From the NCBI GenBank assembly GCA_021740625.1, contig JAIOZK010000002.1, positions 169,942 through 233,941 on the forward strand: a DNA stretch of 64,000 nt, given 5' to 3'. This DNA comes from Bacteroidales bacterium (lineage in GTDB: Bacteria > Bacteroidota > Bacteroidia > Bacteroidales > JAIOZK01). Shown here piece by piece: positions 37,327-46,663 of this stretch. The notes beneath the pieces were generated by a model, which did no database searches, was not told where the DNA came from, and worked only from the letters and a program-made list of their open reading frames with translations. The stretch's first letter is position 1. Every line of letters starts with the position of its first letter. Made by a program: the position numbers and the translations under genes.

Positions 37327-38007
37327 GTGTCAACCTACCTTACCATAAACCTGCTTTCTATTAGCATCCCTTTTCTCGCGGGATTTGATCGTCGCCTGAA
37401 GTTTTACAGGCAGTGGAAGTATCTTTTTCCGGCCATGTTGCTGACGATGATGCTTTTTATCCCCTGGGATGTGATTTTTACTGAAAGGGAAATCTGGGGG
37501 TTTACCCCTAAATACCTCAGTGGGATCGACATCATCAACCTGCCCATCGAAGAGTGGCTATTTTTTATTGCCATTCCATATGCCTGTGTTTTTACCTATG
37601 AATCACTCAAGTATCTGGTTAAAAAAGATTACCTGCAGCGATATGTCAGCCATATCAACTATTCATTGATCATAGTGTTGGGCGTTCTTGCTGTGATCTA
37701 TCATGATCATGCATACACCTTTGTTACCTTCAGTTTGACTGTAATTTTTTTGCTTATGCAGCAGTTTGTGATCAGGGGAAAATACCTGGGCAGGTTTTAT
37801 TTTTCTTTCCTTTTCGTGCTGGTCCCCTTTTTCATAGTCAATGGGATTCTTACCGGTTCATTCATTGAAGACCAGGTCGTATGGTACAACGATGCTGAAA
37901 ATATGGGCATCAGGATGTTTACCATTCCCGTGGAAGACAGTGTTTATGCATTGCTGATGCTGATGATGAATGTAAGCATTTATGAGTTTCTGAAAAGCAA
38001 GTATTAA
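37327..38007 (+). CDS. Lycopene cyclase domain protein (fused CrtYc/CrtYd type)
   Basis: 226 aa with a GTG start and about 7 TM helices. The N-terminus YLTINLLSISIPFLAGFDRR and the second-half motif are typical of lycopene_cycl-domain proteins. Confidence 0.75.
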   Translation: MSTYLTINLLSISIPFLAGFDRRLKFYRQWKYLFPAMLLTMMLFIPWDVIFTEREIWGFTPKYLSGIDIINLPIEEWLFFIAIPYACVFTYESLKYLVKKDYLQRYVSHINYSLIIVLGVLAVIYHDHAYTFVTFSLTVIFLLMQQFVIRGKYLGRFYFSFLFVLVPFFIVNGILTGSFIEDQVVWYNDAENMGIRMFTIPVEDSVYALLMLMMNVSIYEFLKSKY

Positions 38008-38025
38008 CAAGGGATCACCAATTTG

Positions 38026-38766
38026 CTACCGCACAATAACATTCAGTCTGGGCATTGCCGAAATCGAATAAGGCAGCTCAATCGAACTGTCGATGTACAG
38101 GTATTCCAGGTTTCGCAAGTTCGAAATGGAATATGGCAATTCCAGCATGGGGCCGCTGTCTATGATATTCAATTCGGACAAGCTTGTGAGCCTGCCGATA
38201 GACCCGGGCAATTGTCCGCTCAGATTGTTCTTGCCAATGATCAGTATATTCAGGGATTGTAGCTTGCCGATGCTTTCAGGTATGTTGCTCAACTGGTTGT
38301 GGTCCAGGTTCAGGTACTCCAGCTCAGATAGGTCACCAATTTCATCCGGCAGGCTTTTAAGCTGATTATAGTTCAATTCCAATGTTTCCAGGCTTTCCAA
38401 TTCACCGATCTCACCCGGGAGTGATGACAAATCATTGAATTCAAGTGATAACTTTTGTAAATTACCAAGTTCACCAATTTCTTCCGGTAGTGTCTTCAGT
38501 TGATTTCTTCCGAGTGAAAGGACCTCCAGCTTTTTCAGGTTTTTTATTCCGGATGGAATCTCTGTGATGCTGTTGTTAAATAAAACAAGTTTTTGCAGAT
38601 TGGTCATTCGGGTGATTTCTTCCGGGAATTCACCCAGGCCCTGATTGCTCAAAACGAGTTTTTCAACGGAGAGCGGGTCCTGCCTGGCTCTTTCCAGGCT
38701 TGTAACTGCACCGCATGATGTCAGGAATAACAATATCAGTAGCAAGTAAAAATTATTTTTCGACAT
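38026..38766 (-). CDS. Leucine-rich repeat lipoprotein
   Basis: 246 aa with the lipobox LFLTSCGA. It has about 8 tandem 23-residue LRRs (LxxLxLxxNxLxxLPxxIGxLxx). Confidence 0.8.
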   Translation of the reverse strand: MSKNNFYLLLILLFLTSCGAVTSLERARQDPLSVEKLVLSNQGLGEFPEEITRMTNLQKLVLFNNSITEIPSGIKNLKKLEVLSLGRNQLKTLPEEIGELGNLQKLSLEFNDLSSLPGEIGELESLETLELNYNQLKSLPDEIGDLSELEYLNLDHNQLSNIPESIGKLQSLNILIIGKNNLSGQLPGSIGRLTSLSELNIIDSGPMLELPYSISNLRNLEYLYIDSSIELPYSISAMPRLNVIVR

Positions 38767-38849
38767 AACAATTTTTTTTAATATAAAGATAGGAAATGTT
38801 GCAACATTTCGGTCGTAAGCATGGAAAATAATAATGTTGATGAATCTTG

Positions 38850-39128
38850 TTAATGAGTTGTCTCAACTTCACTTTTATGCAGATCGTAAGCAGGATCGTA
38901 ATCATTGATTATGATGCCCTTTTCTCCGATTTTGTATCCCTTGGAGTTTCTTCCTGTTTTAACGATCCTCTTGCCTTCACAGGCACTAATGCCTGTCCAC
39001 TTGCAATTTTTGCAATGTAGTGTTCCGTTGATTTGTACTCCCCAGCATTCATCCATCGAAAGAAATGATGTATCAATCTGACGCATACCAAGAATTTTTA
39101 TTAATTCAATCTTTGATTTGTGAATCAT
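38850..39128 (-). CDS. Hypothetical small Cys-rich protein
   Basis: 92-aa ORF in an AT-rich gap, with the C/H pattern CWGVQINGTLHCKNCKWTGISACEG. No family was recognised. The start may be Met15. Confidence 0.3.
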   Translation of the reverse strand: MIHKSKIELIKILGMRQIDTSFLSMDECWGVQINGTLHCKNCKWTGISACEGKRIVKTGRNSKGYKIGEKGIIINDYDPAYDLHKSEVETTH

Positions 39129-39241
39129 TCAAAAGTATGAATTCACTACCGAATAAAATTATTATTTTCTGTGATAAATGCTACATTTTTTTCAATGAAT
39201 TTATGAAGCATTCGAATGAAATTGTTGAGAATGCTTTTAAA

Positions 39242-39811
39242 TCATTGATTATCTATATATTCATGACCAAATTCCTGCATCATGTTTTCAAATGCCCTGA
39301 TCTTTTCGGGACCGTATTTTTGCATTTTTTTTAAAATTTTTTCCGAGGACTTTATCCTGTGCAATTTCTCGGGATTCTTGGAGTAGAATTTATCTGCATA
39401 ACATATGATCTTTTCTTCAGTACTGATGGGCAACATATCCCTTTTTGGAAGGGGCAGCTTGTTCTTTAGAATGTCATCAATGCTTAATCCCACTCCTATA
39501 TGCCTTTCACAGATGGTTGCAATTTCATGCAGCCCTTCTTTTTCAAGAATTTCTCTTCCAAGATATGTATGCGCTATGTATGGATATTTGCCGTAACAAC
39601 CAATCTCGGGTGCATCAGTTTTAAATATTCCGATGTCGTGCAGCATCCCGGCTGTTTTGATATAATCAAAATCCGGCTTGAGGTGTTTGTTATGTTCGGC
39701 AATTCTGAGGGCCAGCCTTGTTACATTTAATGAATGAGCATGCAGGATCTTATAAGCATAACTCTTAACTGGATAGTATTTTTCAATGATACGCTCGGCT
39801 GTTTCAGTCAT
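39242..39811 (-). CDS. HD-domain (HDIG) phosphohydrolase
   Basis: It has H...HD motifs (LHAHSLNV and GMLHDIGIF). The track ORF begins at 39883, inside the MscS gene. I prefer Met25 (top coordinate 39811), which leaves an 8-nt overlap. Confidence 0.75.
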   Translation of the reverse strand: MTETAERIIEKYYPVKSYAYKILHAHSLNVTRLALRIAEHNKHLKPDFDYIKTAGMLHDIGIFKTDAPEIGCYGKYPYIAHTYLGREILEKEGLHEIATICERHIGVGLSIDDILKNKLPLPKRDMLPISTEEKIICYADKFYSKNPEKLHRIKSSEKILKKMQKYGPEKIRAFENMMQEFGHEYIDNQ

Positions 39812-41087
39812 TCCCGGCTTTTTTTGTGGATGCAAGTGCTTTAAAATCGCTTCCTGTTGGGCTCTGGAATACCCTGAGATCAAAGTGCGGGATCACGGCC
39901 AGGATGTGATCAAAAATATCAGATTGTACATCTTCATATTTGGCCCATTGCTGTATCCGGCTGAAAACATAAACCTGCACGGGGATCCCGTTTTCAGTGG
40001 GTTGCAGTTGTCTGACCAGGAAAGTCATATTTTCGTCTACCTCTGGTTTGTTTCGCAGGTATTCTTTCAGATATGCCCTGAAAATGCCCAGGTTGGTCTG
40101 TCTCCGGCCATTGACCAGAACGGAATTGTCTATATTGAATTTTTTATTATAGGCTTCGATCTCATCATTTCTTTTCTCAACATACTTGGAAACAAACTGA
40201 ACCTTTTTAAATTTCTCCAGCATTTCAGGGGTGCAGAATCTTACACTTGTCATATCGATGTTGATGGAGCGCATAATCCGCCTGCCACCTGATTCTTCCA
40301 TGCCTCTCCAGTTCTGGAAATAATCATTGACCAGGGCATAAGTAGGAATGGTTGTGATGGTTTTGTCCCAGTTCTGCACTTTGACGGTAGTCAGGGTGAT
40401 GTCGATCACATTGCCGTCGGCACCGTATTTGGGCATGGAAATCCAGTCGCCGATGCGAACCATGTTGTTGGCTGTAAGTTGTATACCGCCAACAAAACCA
40501 AGTATTGGATCTTTAAATACCAGCATAAGCACGGCAGATAAGGTGCCGAGTCCGAGCAGGAGTGCTGCCGGGCTTTCATTTCGCAGGATTGAGATCACAA
40601 ATATGATTCCCAGGATGATAAATATGATCTGGAGTACCTGGATAAATCCCTTAATAGGCCGGGTCCTGGAGATCTCATAGGTTTGATAAATATCATTTAC
40701 CCCGTTTAACAGGGAAAGCATGATACCGATAAATACAACGGTAATGTAAATATTTACCATACCCTGTATGATACTGACTGTGGTTTCAAGATCCGGAATC
40801 ACCAGAGGCGTCATCTTATAGATCAGCAGGGCCGGGGCCAGGTAAGCAATCCTTTTGAATACTTTTCGCTCGGCCAGTATATCGTCCCAGTTAGTTTTCG
40901 ATCTTTTTACCAGAATGTGCACAAAACGTGTTATCAGAAGTTTTGCAGCAAAGTAGGAAAGCCAGGCAAGTATGAATACGAGCAGTATTTCAATGATTTC
41001 GAGCAGGGCAGATGCCGTGCCTTCCGAGAATCCGAGCCTGATAAACCAGTCCGAAATTTGTATGCCCAGTCTTTTGAACATGTTCAT
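39804..41087 (-). CDS. Mechanosensitive ion channel family protein (MscS-like)
   Basis: 427 aa with N-terminal TM helices. The MscS beta-domain has IGDWISMPKYGADGNVIDITLTTVKVQNWDKTITTIPT, followed by a C-terminal alpha/beta domain. Confidence 0.85.
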   Translation of the reverse strand: MNMFKRLGIQISDWFIRLGFSEGTASALLEIIEILLVFILAWLSYFAAKLLITRFVHILVKRSKTNWDDILAERKVFKRIAYLAPALLIYKMTPLVIPDLETTVSIIQGMVNIYITVVFIGIMLSLLNGVNDIYQTYEISRTRPIKGFIQVLQIIFIILGIIFVISILRNESPAALLLGLGTLSAVLMLVFKDPILGFVGGIQLTANNMVRIGDWISMPKYGADGNVIDITLTTVKVQNWDKTITTIPTYALVNDYFQNWRGMEESGGRRIMRSINIDMTSVRFCTPEMLEKFKKVQFVSKYVEKRNDEIEAYNKKFNIDNSVLVNGRRQTNLGIFRAYLKEYLRNKPEVDENMTFLVRQLQPTENGIPVQVYVFSRIQQWAKYEDVQSDIFDHILAVIPHFDLRVFQSPTGSDFKALASTKKAGND

Positions 41088-41120
41088 TCAGAATTATGAT
41101 GATTGCGCAAAATTACAGAA

Positions 41121-41837
41121 TTATTCCTGTGCTTTGATAAGCTTGTCTATTTCCTTTGTGTATTTTTCATGAAGGAACAGGCATTGTCCGAGGCAGACAT
41201 TCGTGTCGTAAATCCTGATCACGTCTACCAGTCCTGTTTTGCGGTAAAGTATGCCCAGGGCGGCATCCCATTTATTTTCCTTGATATTTCTTTTGATATC
41301 CAGTGTGATCTGTTCGAACTGGTCAAAAGTAAGTTCGACAGGAATTTCAAAGTAACCCATCTCTGGAGTCTCCCGGTCAAGGTAAATGCCGTTATCCAGT
41401 TCATCCAGCAGGAAGTATTTCTTTATTTTGATCAGTCCTTCATAGGGTTTTATTGTTTTCCCTTTTGCGAGTTCGATGCCAGCCTGGTGATATGCTTTCA
41501 GCACTTCAGGGATCAGCTTATAGTTTGTAAGTCCTTTTATCCTGATGCATGAGCTTCGGCTGTTAAACAGATCCACTTCACCGGGCGAACCATCAAAGAA
41601 CACCGGGCATAGTTTTTTGGCTTTGGATGTTGCCCGGATGATCTCTTCTTCCGTGTAGTTCTTTTTGGTGATTAAAAATGCAGATTTAGGATCTGTATTG
41701 TCAGGTACAGTTGTACCATGATATCCTGGGTAGGGGTGAAGCGACTCCAGCACCATTTCATCATACCCCAGAGAAACGAGGGTTTCTTTCTTCTCAATGG
41801 TGCCAATGATCTCCAGTATGGTTTTTTCGGTATTCAT
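41121..41837 (-). CDS. Hypothetical cytoplasmic protein, no recognisable family
   Basis: 238-aa ORF with normal codon and amino-acid composition, and no signal peptide or TM helix. There is a weak suggestion of an internal duplication. Confidence 0.5.
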   Translation of the reverse strand: MNTEKTILEIIGTIEKKETLVSLGYDEMVLESLHPYPGYHGTTVPDNTDPKSAFLITKKNYTEEEIIRATSKAKKLCPVFFDGSPGEVDLFNSRSSCIRIKGLTNYKLIPEVLKAYHQAGIELAKGKTIKPYEGLIKIKKYFLLDELDNGIYLDRETPEMGYFEIPVELTFDQFEQITLDIKRNIKENKWDAALGILYRKTGLVDVIRIYDTNVCLGQCLFLHEKYTKEIDKLIKAQE

Positions 41838-41970
41838 ATCCTTTAATAATCTGATATTTTATATATGATAAATCCTGAATGTTTTAGCGAATATAATCAT
41901 TTTTTAAAATTGCTGCGGAAAAAAGTTTCTCCTGGCCTGCTTGGAAGGCTCGTAAATAAATTGCTTGCTT

Positions 41971-43362
41971 CTATTGTTCCGGTGCAAACATGGGGTCCCA
42001 AGGAGGCAGTTTGACCGCTTCTGTTTCCAATATCTGCAAGGTTTCATCATCAATGTACTTTTTATGGATGATGATGCGGAACATGTATTCATCGAACCAG
42101 TTATCTGTCATGGTCAGATAACCTTTGTTGCCTGCTTCCTCTCCCCAGGAGTTTTCAAGCAGCCATTTGTCGATTGCTCCCTCGCCGTTGATGTTAACAC
42201 CTATAAGTGCCATGCCATGCGTGGAGGCGCTCTCAAAGGTCTTGATGCGTCCTGCCTTGTCAATGCCGAACTGTACCCCCATCAGGTCATGATAATCGTA
42301 ATTGTTGGGATCCAGCAGACCGGCATCTTTCTCTAGCTGTTTACCAACATCGCAGGAAAAATACATGCCCTGGTTATTCATGATGGATTTTTTTGCAAAT
42401 TCTTTGATCCGGTCGTTTTCGAGATTGATGTATTTCCAGTTATATCCTTCCAGCATGTTGCGGTCGTATTCAATTTCATAAAGTTTTTCGTATTCTCTGG
42501 AGGGATCATTCATAAACATTACAAATTCAGATAGATCCCATCCGATGGCTTGCTTATAGAATTCTTTCGGGGTAAAAGTGAGTTCCTCGCTGATATTGCC
42601 ATCCTTGTCCTTGTATTGCCAGGTAAACTCCTGTGGCGGATGGCCCAGGGAAAGTGCAAGGATTCTGTAAATTTCGGCCAGCATGTCCACTTTCTCTTCC
42701 CTGATCTCTTCCAGTTTTTTCCCGTCTGCAGCCATATTCCTGATCTTCAAGGCATCTTCTCTCAGTTTCCTGGCGATGAGTCTGTGCATCATGGATGTTT
42801 TTTCCGACTGGTATGTTTCGGGCATGGCTGATTTTGGAACCAGGCCATACTTGGTAACAATATCCGAAAATGTGGTCCACTGTCCGCCATCACTCAGCGT
42901 GTGTTTGAAAAACCATTCAACACTTCTGTCATTTTCGGTTTTGTTTCTTGTTGCTATAATCCCTTCCAGGAAAAGATTGGATTTTTCCAGTTGATCGAAA
43001 AAGAAATTATAGGTTTGCGAGAATTCAAATTCCTTCAGATTGTATTTCTCCAGCACCAGCGGTTTCATGATATTTAGGCCGGTAAACAGCCAGCACCTCC
43101 CGGAGGATTTCTGATCGCTGATACCTGCTGTTTTCACTTTGTGTGAAAAGTAATGGTTTACCTTGCCTTCATTGGCACGGTTCAGGGCGAGTTTTTTGAT
43201 ATCATTGTGTGTGACGGCATTGATCAGCGCCCTGTCGTCTTCATCATCCCATACGGATTGTTTAAGCTTGTCCATTACTTCCGAAGTAATACTGCCTGCT
43301 TCCTGTGCAATAATGTTTGTGCTTAAAATGCCAATTGTTAAAAGGAGTAGTAATTTTTTCAT
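41971..43362 (-). CDS. pepC: Aminopeptidase C / bleomycin hydrolase (peptidase C1B), with signal peptide
   Basis: 463 aa. The catalytic Cys context is QKSSGRCWLFTGLN, and the C-terminal His/Asn region is HGMALIGV...WLLENSWG. Confidence 0.9.
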   Translation of the reverse strand: MKKLLLLLTIGILSTNIIAQEAGSITSEVMDKLKQSVWDDEDDRALINAVTHNDIKKLALNRANEGKVNHYFSHKVKTAGISDQKSSGRCWLFTGLNIMKPLVLEKYNLKEFEFSQTYNFFFDQLEKSNLFLEGIIATRNKTENDRSVEWFFKHTLSDGGQWTTFSDIVTKYGLVPKSAMPETYQSEKTSMMHRLIARKLREDALKIRNMAADGKKLEEIREEKVDMLAEIYRILALSLGHPPQEFTWQYKDKDGNISEELTFTPKEFYKQAIGWDLSEFVMFMNDPSREYEKLYEIEYDRNMLEGYNWKYINLENDRIKEFAKKSIMNNQGMYFSCDVGKQLEKDAGLLDPNNYDYHDLMGVQFGIDKAGRIKTFESASTHGMALIGVNINGEGAIDKWLLENSWGEEAGNKGYLTMTDNWFDEYMFRIIIHKKYIDDETLQILETEAVKLPPWDPMFAPEQ

Positions 43363-43380
43363 GCTTGCTTGTTTTTTTAA

Positions 43381-43725
43381 TTATCCGCCTGATTTCTTTG
43401 CTTTATAACCTGATTTGATCAGGAGTTCCAGGATTTTATCCCTGAAATCTCCCTGAATGATGATATCACCTTCTTTGACCGATCCGCCGACACCACATTT
43501 GGATTTCAGCATTTTTCCAAGTGCTTTCAGATCATCGTTCTTTCCGGCGAAACCGCTGATGAGCGTAACCTGTTTGCCTCCGCGGTTTTTACGATCCAGC
43601 ATAACGCGAAGATCTTGCTGCTGCGGGGGCAGGGTTTCTGATTCTGCTTCCTCATCCTCGAAATTATATTCAAAATCCGGATCGGTGCTGTAAACAATAC
43701 CTTTCTTTTTTTTCTTTTTTGACAT
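43381..43725 (-). CDS. Translation initiation factor SUI1/YciH family
   Basis: 114 aa. It has [15 protein letters not shown]...[26 protein letters not shown]. Confidence 0.9.
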   Translation of the reverse strand: MSKKKKKKGIVYSTDPDFEYNFEDEEAESETLPPQQQDLRVMLDRKNRGGKQVTLISGFAGKNDDLKALGKMLKSKCGVGGSVKEGDIIIQGDFRDKILELLIKSGYKAKKSGG

Positions 43726-43735
43726 ATGTTCTGAG

Positions 43736-44620
43736 TCAGGGAATAAGGATTTTCAAAGATAAGGGATTAATCTTAAAGTGCAGCTTTTTGCCCAGTTTTA
43801 CAGGTTCACCATCGAGGTTGATGTTGCGGTTCTTTTTTTGTTCTAAGAGTACCTCTTTTGCCCGGATGATTTCTACATGCCTGGATTTGTCGATCTGGTT
43901 CCAGTACAGCAAATGCGCCACAACCGGCAATTCGATCAAGGGAACCTTCTTCACAATGCAAACATCGATCAGGCCGTCGTCAAGCTTTGCCCCCGGTGCA
44001 ATCGTTGTGTGATAACCGAACTGATTGGAATTGGCAAAACTTATCAGCAGGGCCTTTCTTTTGTATGTTTTGCCATCAATGGTAAACGAGTATTTCTTTT
44101 CCTTATAAAAAGTATATTCCTGACTAACGATCCTGAAGTATGACAAAAATCCACGTTTGTCGCTTCTGGCAAATTTTCCTGCAACTTTAGCATCAAAGCC
44201 TATCCCGGCAATACTGACGTACATGGTATTGTTCACATTCACCGTATCAATCATTTTCTCCTTACCCTTGTTGATCAATTGAATGGCCGAAACGGGATTG
44301 TTCGGAATTTTCAGATGATGGGCCAGGCCGTTCCCCGAACCCAGCGGTATGACACCCAGTGTCGTTTTTGTCCCCGTAAGTGCCCGGGATACTTCATTGA
44401 TGGTGCCATCGCCTCCGGCCGCCACAACGATATCAAAGTTATCCCTTACGGCAGCTTCGGCCAGGGTTGTGGCATCTCCAGGTTTCTTCGTGTATTGAAT
44501 ATCAGGTTTGTACTGATCCTGATCCAGGTGATGCTGTATGTATTGCCCCAGCATATCCTTCCTCCTGACCCCCGACACAGGATTAATGATAAAACAGATA
44601 TTTCTTTTGGTTTTTTCCAT
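43736..44620 (-). CDS. Diacylglycerol/lipid kinase family protein (YegS/DgkB-like)
   Basis: 294 aa. It has [21 protein letters not shown] and [10 protein letters not shown] motifs. Confidence 0.85.
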   Translation of the reverse strand: MEKTKRNICFIINPVSGVRRKDMLGQYIQHHLDQDQYKPDIQYTKKPGDATTLAEAAVRDNFDIVVAAGGDGTINEVSRALTGTKTTLGVIPLGSGNGLAHHLKIPNNPVSAIQLINKGKEKMIDTVNVNNTMYVSIAGIGFDAKVAGKFARSDKRGFLSYFRIVSQEYTFYKEKKYSFTIDGKTYKRKALLISFANSNQFGYHTTIAPGAKLDDGLIDVCIVKKVPLIELPVVAHLLYWNQIDKSRHVEIIRAKEVLLEQKKNRNINLDGEPVKLGKKLHFKINPLSLKILIP

Positions 44621-44621
44621 T

Positions 44622-46550
44622 TTATTCTGCTGTCAGTTGATTGTTGATCAGCCTGTTGTTGTATTGCTGTATCATGGCTTTCAAAAATTCTTCCATGCTG
44701 TTGCAAGTTGCTTTTTCTTCGTTGATCCGGTTGTTTTTCAGGAGTATGTCTTTTTTATAATTGTAAAGTGCCTGCGGATGCTTTCCATCATATATCAATA
44801 AATGATCTTTTTCGATCAGTTGATACTGGTTTCCTGTATACTGGATTGCAAAACACCTGCTGGTGGAATCCATCAGGTTATTGCCAAAGGCAACGAATCT
44901 CCGGTTGAATTGTAGTTTGGCCAGTACAGTAGGCATGATATCACACTGCTGGGCTACTTTGTCAGACAGACCTGCGGTGTTTTGTCCCGGTGTGAAAAAA
45001 ATGATCGGGATCATGTAATTGCCGGCTCTGTTACTGTATTCGGGAAGGTAGGATTCTGATGTATGATCAGCCGTAATAACAAACAAAGTGTTTTTATACC
45101 ATGGCATTTGAGAAGCCGTTTCGAAAAATTGATTCAGGGAATAATCGGCATACATGATACTTTCCTGTATTTCAAGCGGACCCTTCCTGAATGTGCCTTC
45201 ATACTTTTTGGGTATGGTATAAGGATGGTGCGATGTTAGTGAGAAAAAACTGGCAAAAAACGGCTCTTCCATTGCATTCAGTTCCTGGGCGAAAAACTGG
45301 AAGAATGCTTCATCAAAAATACCCCATTTGCCGTCGAAATGCTTGTCATCATTGAATTCCCGGCGACCATAATATTTTTCAAATCCTGCCAGTCTGGCAA
45401 AAGCATCAAAATTCATGGTTCCGTTATTTCCACCGTGAAAAAAAGCCGTCTGATAAGCTTTTGTTTTCAGCAGGCTGGCCAGGCTGTTGATTTTGTTTCC
45501 TGCATAAGGGGATGTGAGATAATCTGTTTGCATGAGGCTCGGTAATCCGGCAAGAATGGCAGGTATGGCCTCGATCGATCGTTTGCCGTTGGCAAATCCT
45601 TTAAATGAAATGCTCTGTTTGATAAGAGAATCCAGGAATGGGGTGTATCCTTTGTAGTCAGGTAGTTCGGAATTGAATGCTGAGATATGCTCGGTACTGA
45701 AGCTTTCCATGATGATGATAACCACGTTTTTCCTCCGGAATTCCTGGGGCTCGAAATCATAATGATGCAGGGGAGAAAAAATCTCCTCAAGCTTCTCTTC
45801 TTCATAATAATCTTTTTCTTCAAGTGCTTTTTTATCAATGGTTTTGATCAATGTAAAAGGTGTGTTCAGCAGCAGGGGAATATTCCCCGGGCTTACATGT
45901 TTTGCAGCCGTTGAAAGCCCGATTGGTTTGAGCTGGAATCCCCCCCGGATGGCGAACACCGAAAGAAATGTAATGAAAATGAATACCAGAGAATTGGTGG
46001 CATAATACCGAAATGAGCTTTGTTTTCTATTTGCAGGAATTCGTTTAATTCTTTGTGATAGAAAAACCAGCAAACTGGAAAATACAATCCAGCTTAAAAA
46101 TTCCGGGAGAAACTTTCCGATAAATTGAGGCAACAATTGGAGGAATTGATCTTCTTCCTGAGAAATATACTGAAATACATCCGCTGTCATTCTTTTCAAC
46201 GTGAACCTGTAATACACTGTATCGATGAAGTTTGCTGCAAGTCCGACAATATTCGGAATGAAGTAAAATAGGATTGTAACAGTTTTATGATAATAAGATG
46301 AATTTCGAAAATGAAAAGGGATCAACATCAGGAACAAATACGGTATGTTGATCATGAAAACAGCAGACAGGTCGAACCGCATACCCCAGAATGCAAGTTT
46401 AAAAACTTCTGCCAGTCCCAGTTTAGAAAAATACTGGGTATTGAACAGGTAAAATGTCCATCTGCTGAGCCAGAATAAAACCAGTACAAGAAGCAATCTT
46501 AAAATTACTACTTTAAATATACTGCTGCATTGAACAATCCTGCTTTGCAT
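44622..46550 (-). CDS. LTA-synthase-family phosphoglycerol/sulfatase-type transferase (5 TM plus extracytoplasmic alkaline-phosphatase-fold domain)
   Basis: 642 aa with an N-terminal polytopic region. The sulfatase-fold domain has NVVIIIMESFSTEH (metal/nucleophile region) and ITADHTSE. Its stop lies 1 nt before the kinase start. Confidence 0.8.
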   Translation of the reverse strand: MQSRIVQCSSIFKVVILRLLLVLVLFWLSRWTFYLFNTQYFSKLGLAEVFKLAFWGMRFDLSAVFMINIPYLFLMLIPFHFRNSSYYHKTVTILFYFIPNIVGLAANFIDTVYYRFTLKRMTADVFQYISQEEDQFLQLLPQFIGKFLPEFLSWIVFSSLLVFLSQRIKRIPANRKQSSFRYYATNSLVFIFITFLSVFAIRGGFQLKPIGLSTAAKHVSPGNIPLLLNTPFTLIKTIDKKALEEKDYYEEEKLEEIFSPLHHYDFEPQEFRRKNVVIIIMESFSTEHISAFNSELPDYKGYTPFLDSLIKQSISFKGFANGKRSIEAIPAILAGLPSLMQTDYLTSPYAGNKINSLASLLKTKAYQTAFFHGGNNGTMNFDAFARLAGFEKYYGRREFNDDKHFDGKWGIFDEAFFQFFAQELNAMEEPFFASFFSLTSHHPYTIPKKYEGTFRKGPLEIQESIMYADYSLNQFFETASQMPWYKNTLFVITADHTSESYLPEYSNRAGNYMIPIIFFTPGQNTAGLSDKVAQQCDIMPTVLAKLQFNRRFVAFGNNLMDSTSRCFAIQYTGNQYQLIEKDHLLIYDGKHPQALYNYKKDILLKNNRINEEKATCNSMEEFLKAMIQQYNNRLINNQLTAE

Positions 46551-46663
46551 GGCTGCAAAAATATAAAATTACGAATTGTAAAATCGAGAAATAAAGCCAG
46601 TTTCTTTTTTGCTGAATTTTAATTACCTTTACTTTTTAGATTAGACAAGAGAACTAATTCTGG

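Noticed and set aside
38023-38365. Plus-strand ORFs 38023..38262 and 38093..38365.
   Set aside because: They are antisense to the LRR lipoprotein gene, whose tandem 23-residue repeats and lipobox are clear.
39786-41552. Plus-strand ORFs 39786..40292, 40348..40680 and 41103..41552.
   Set aside because: They are antisense to the MscS gene and to the 238-aa hypothetical gene. They have no motifs and are most likely shadow ORFs.
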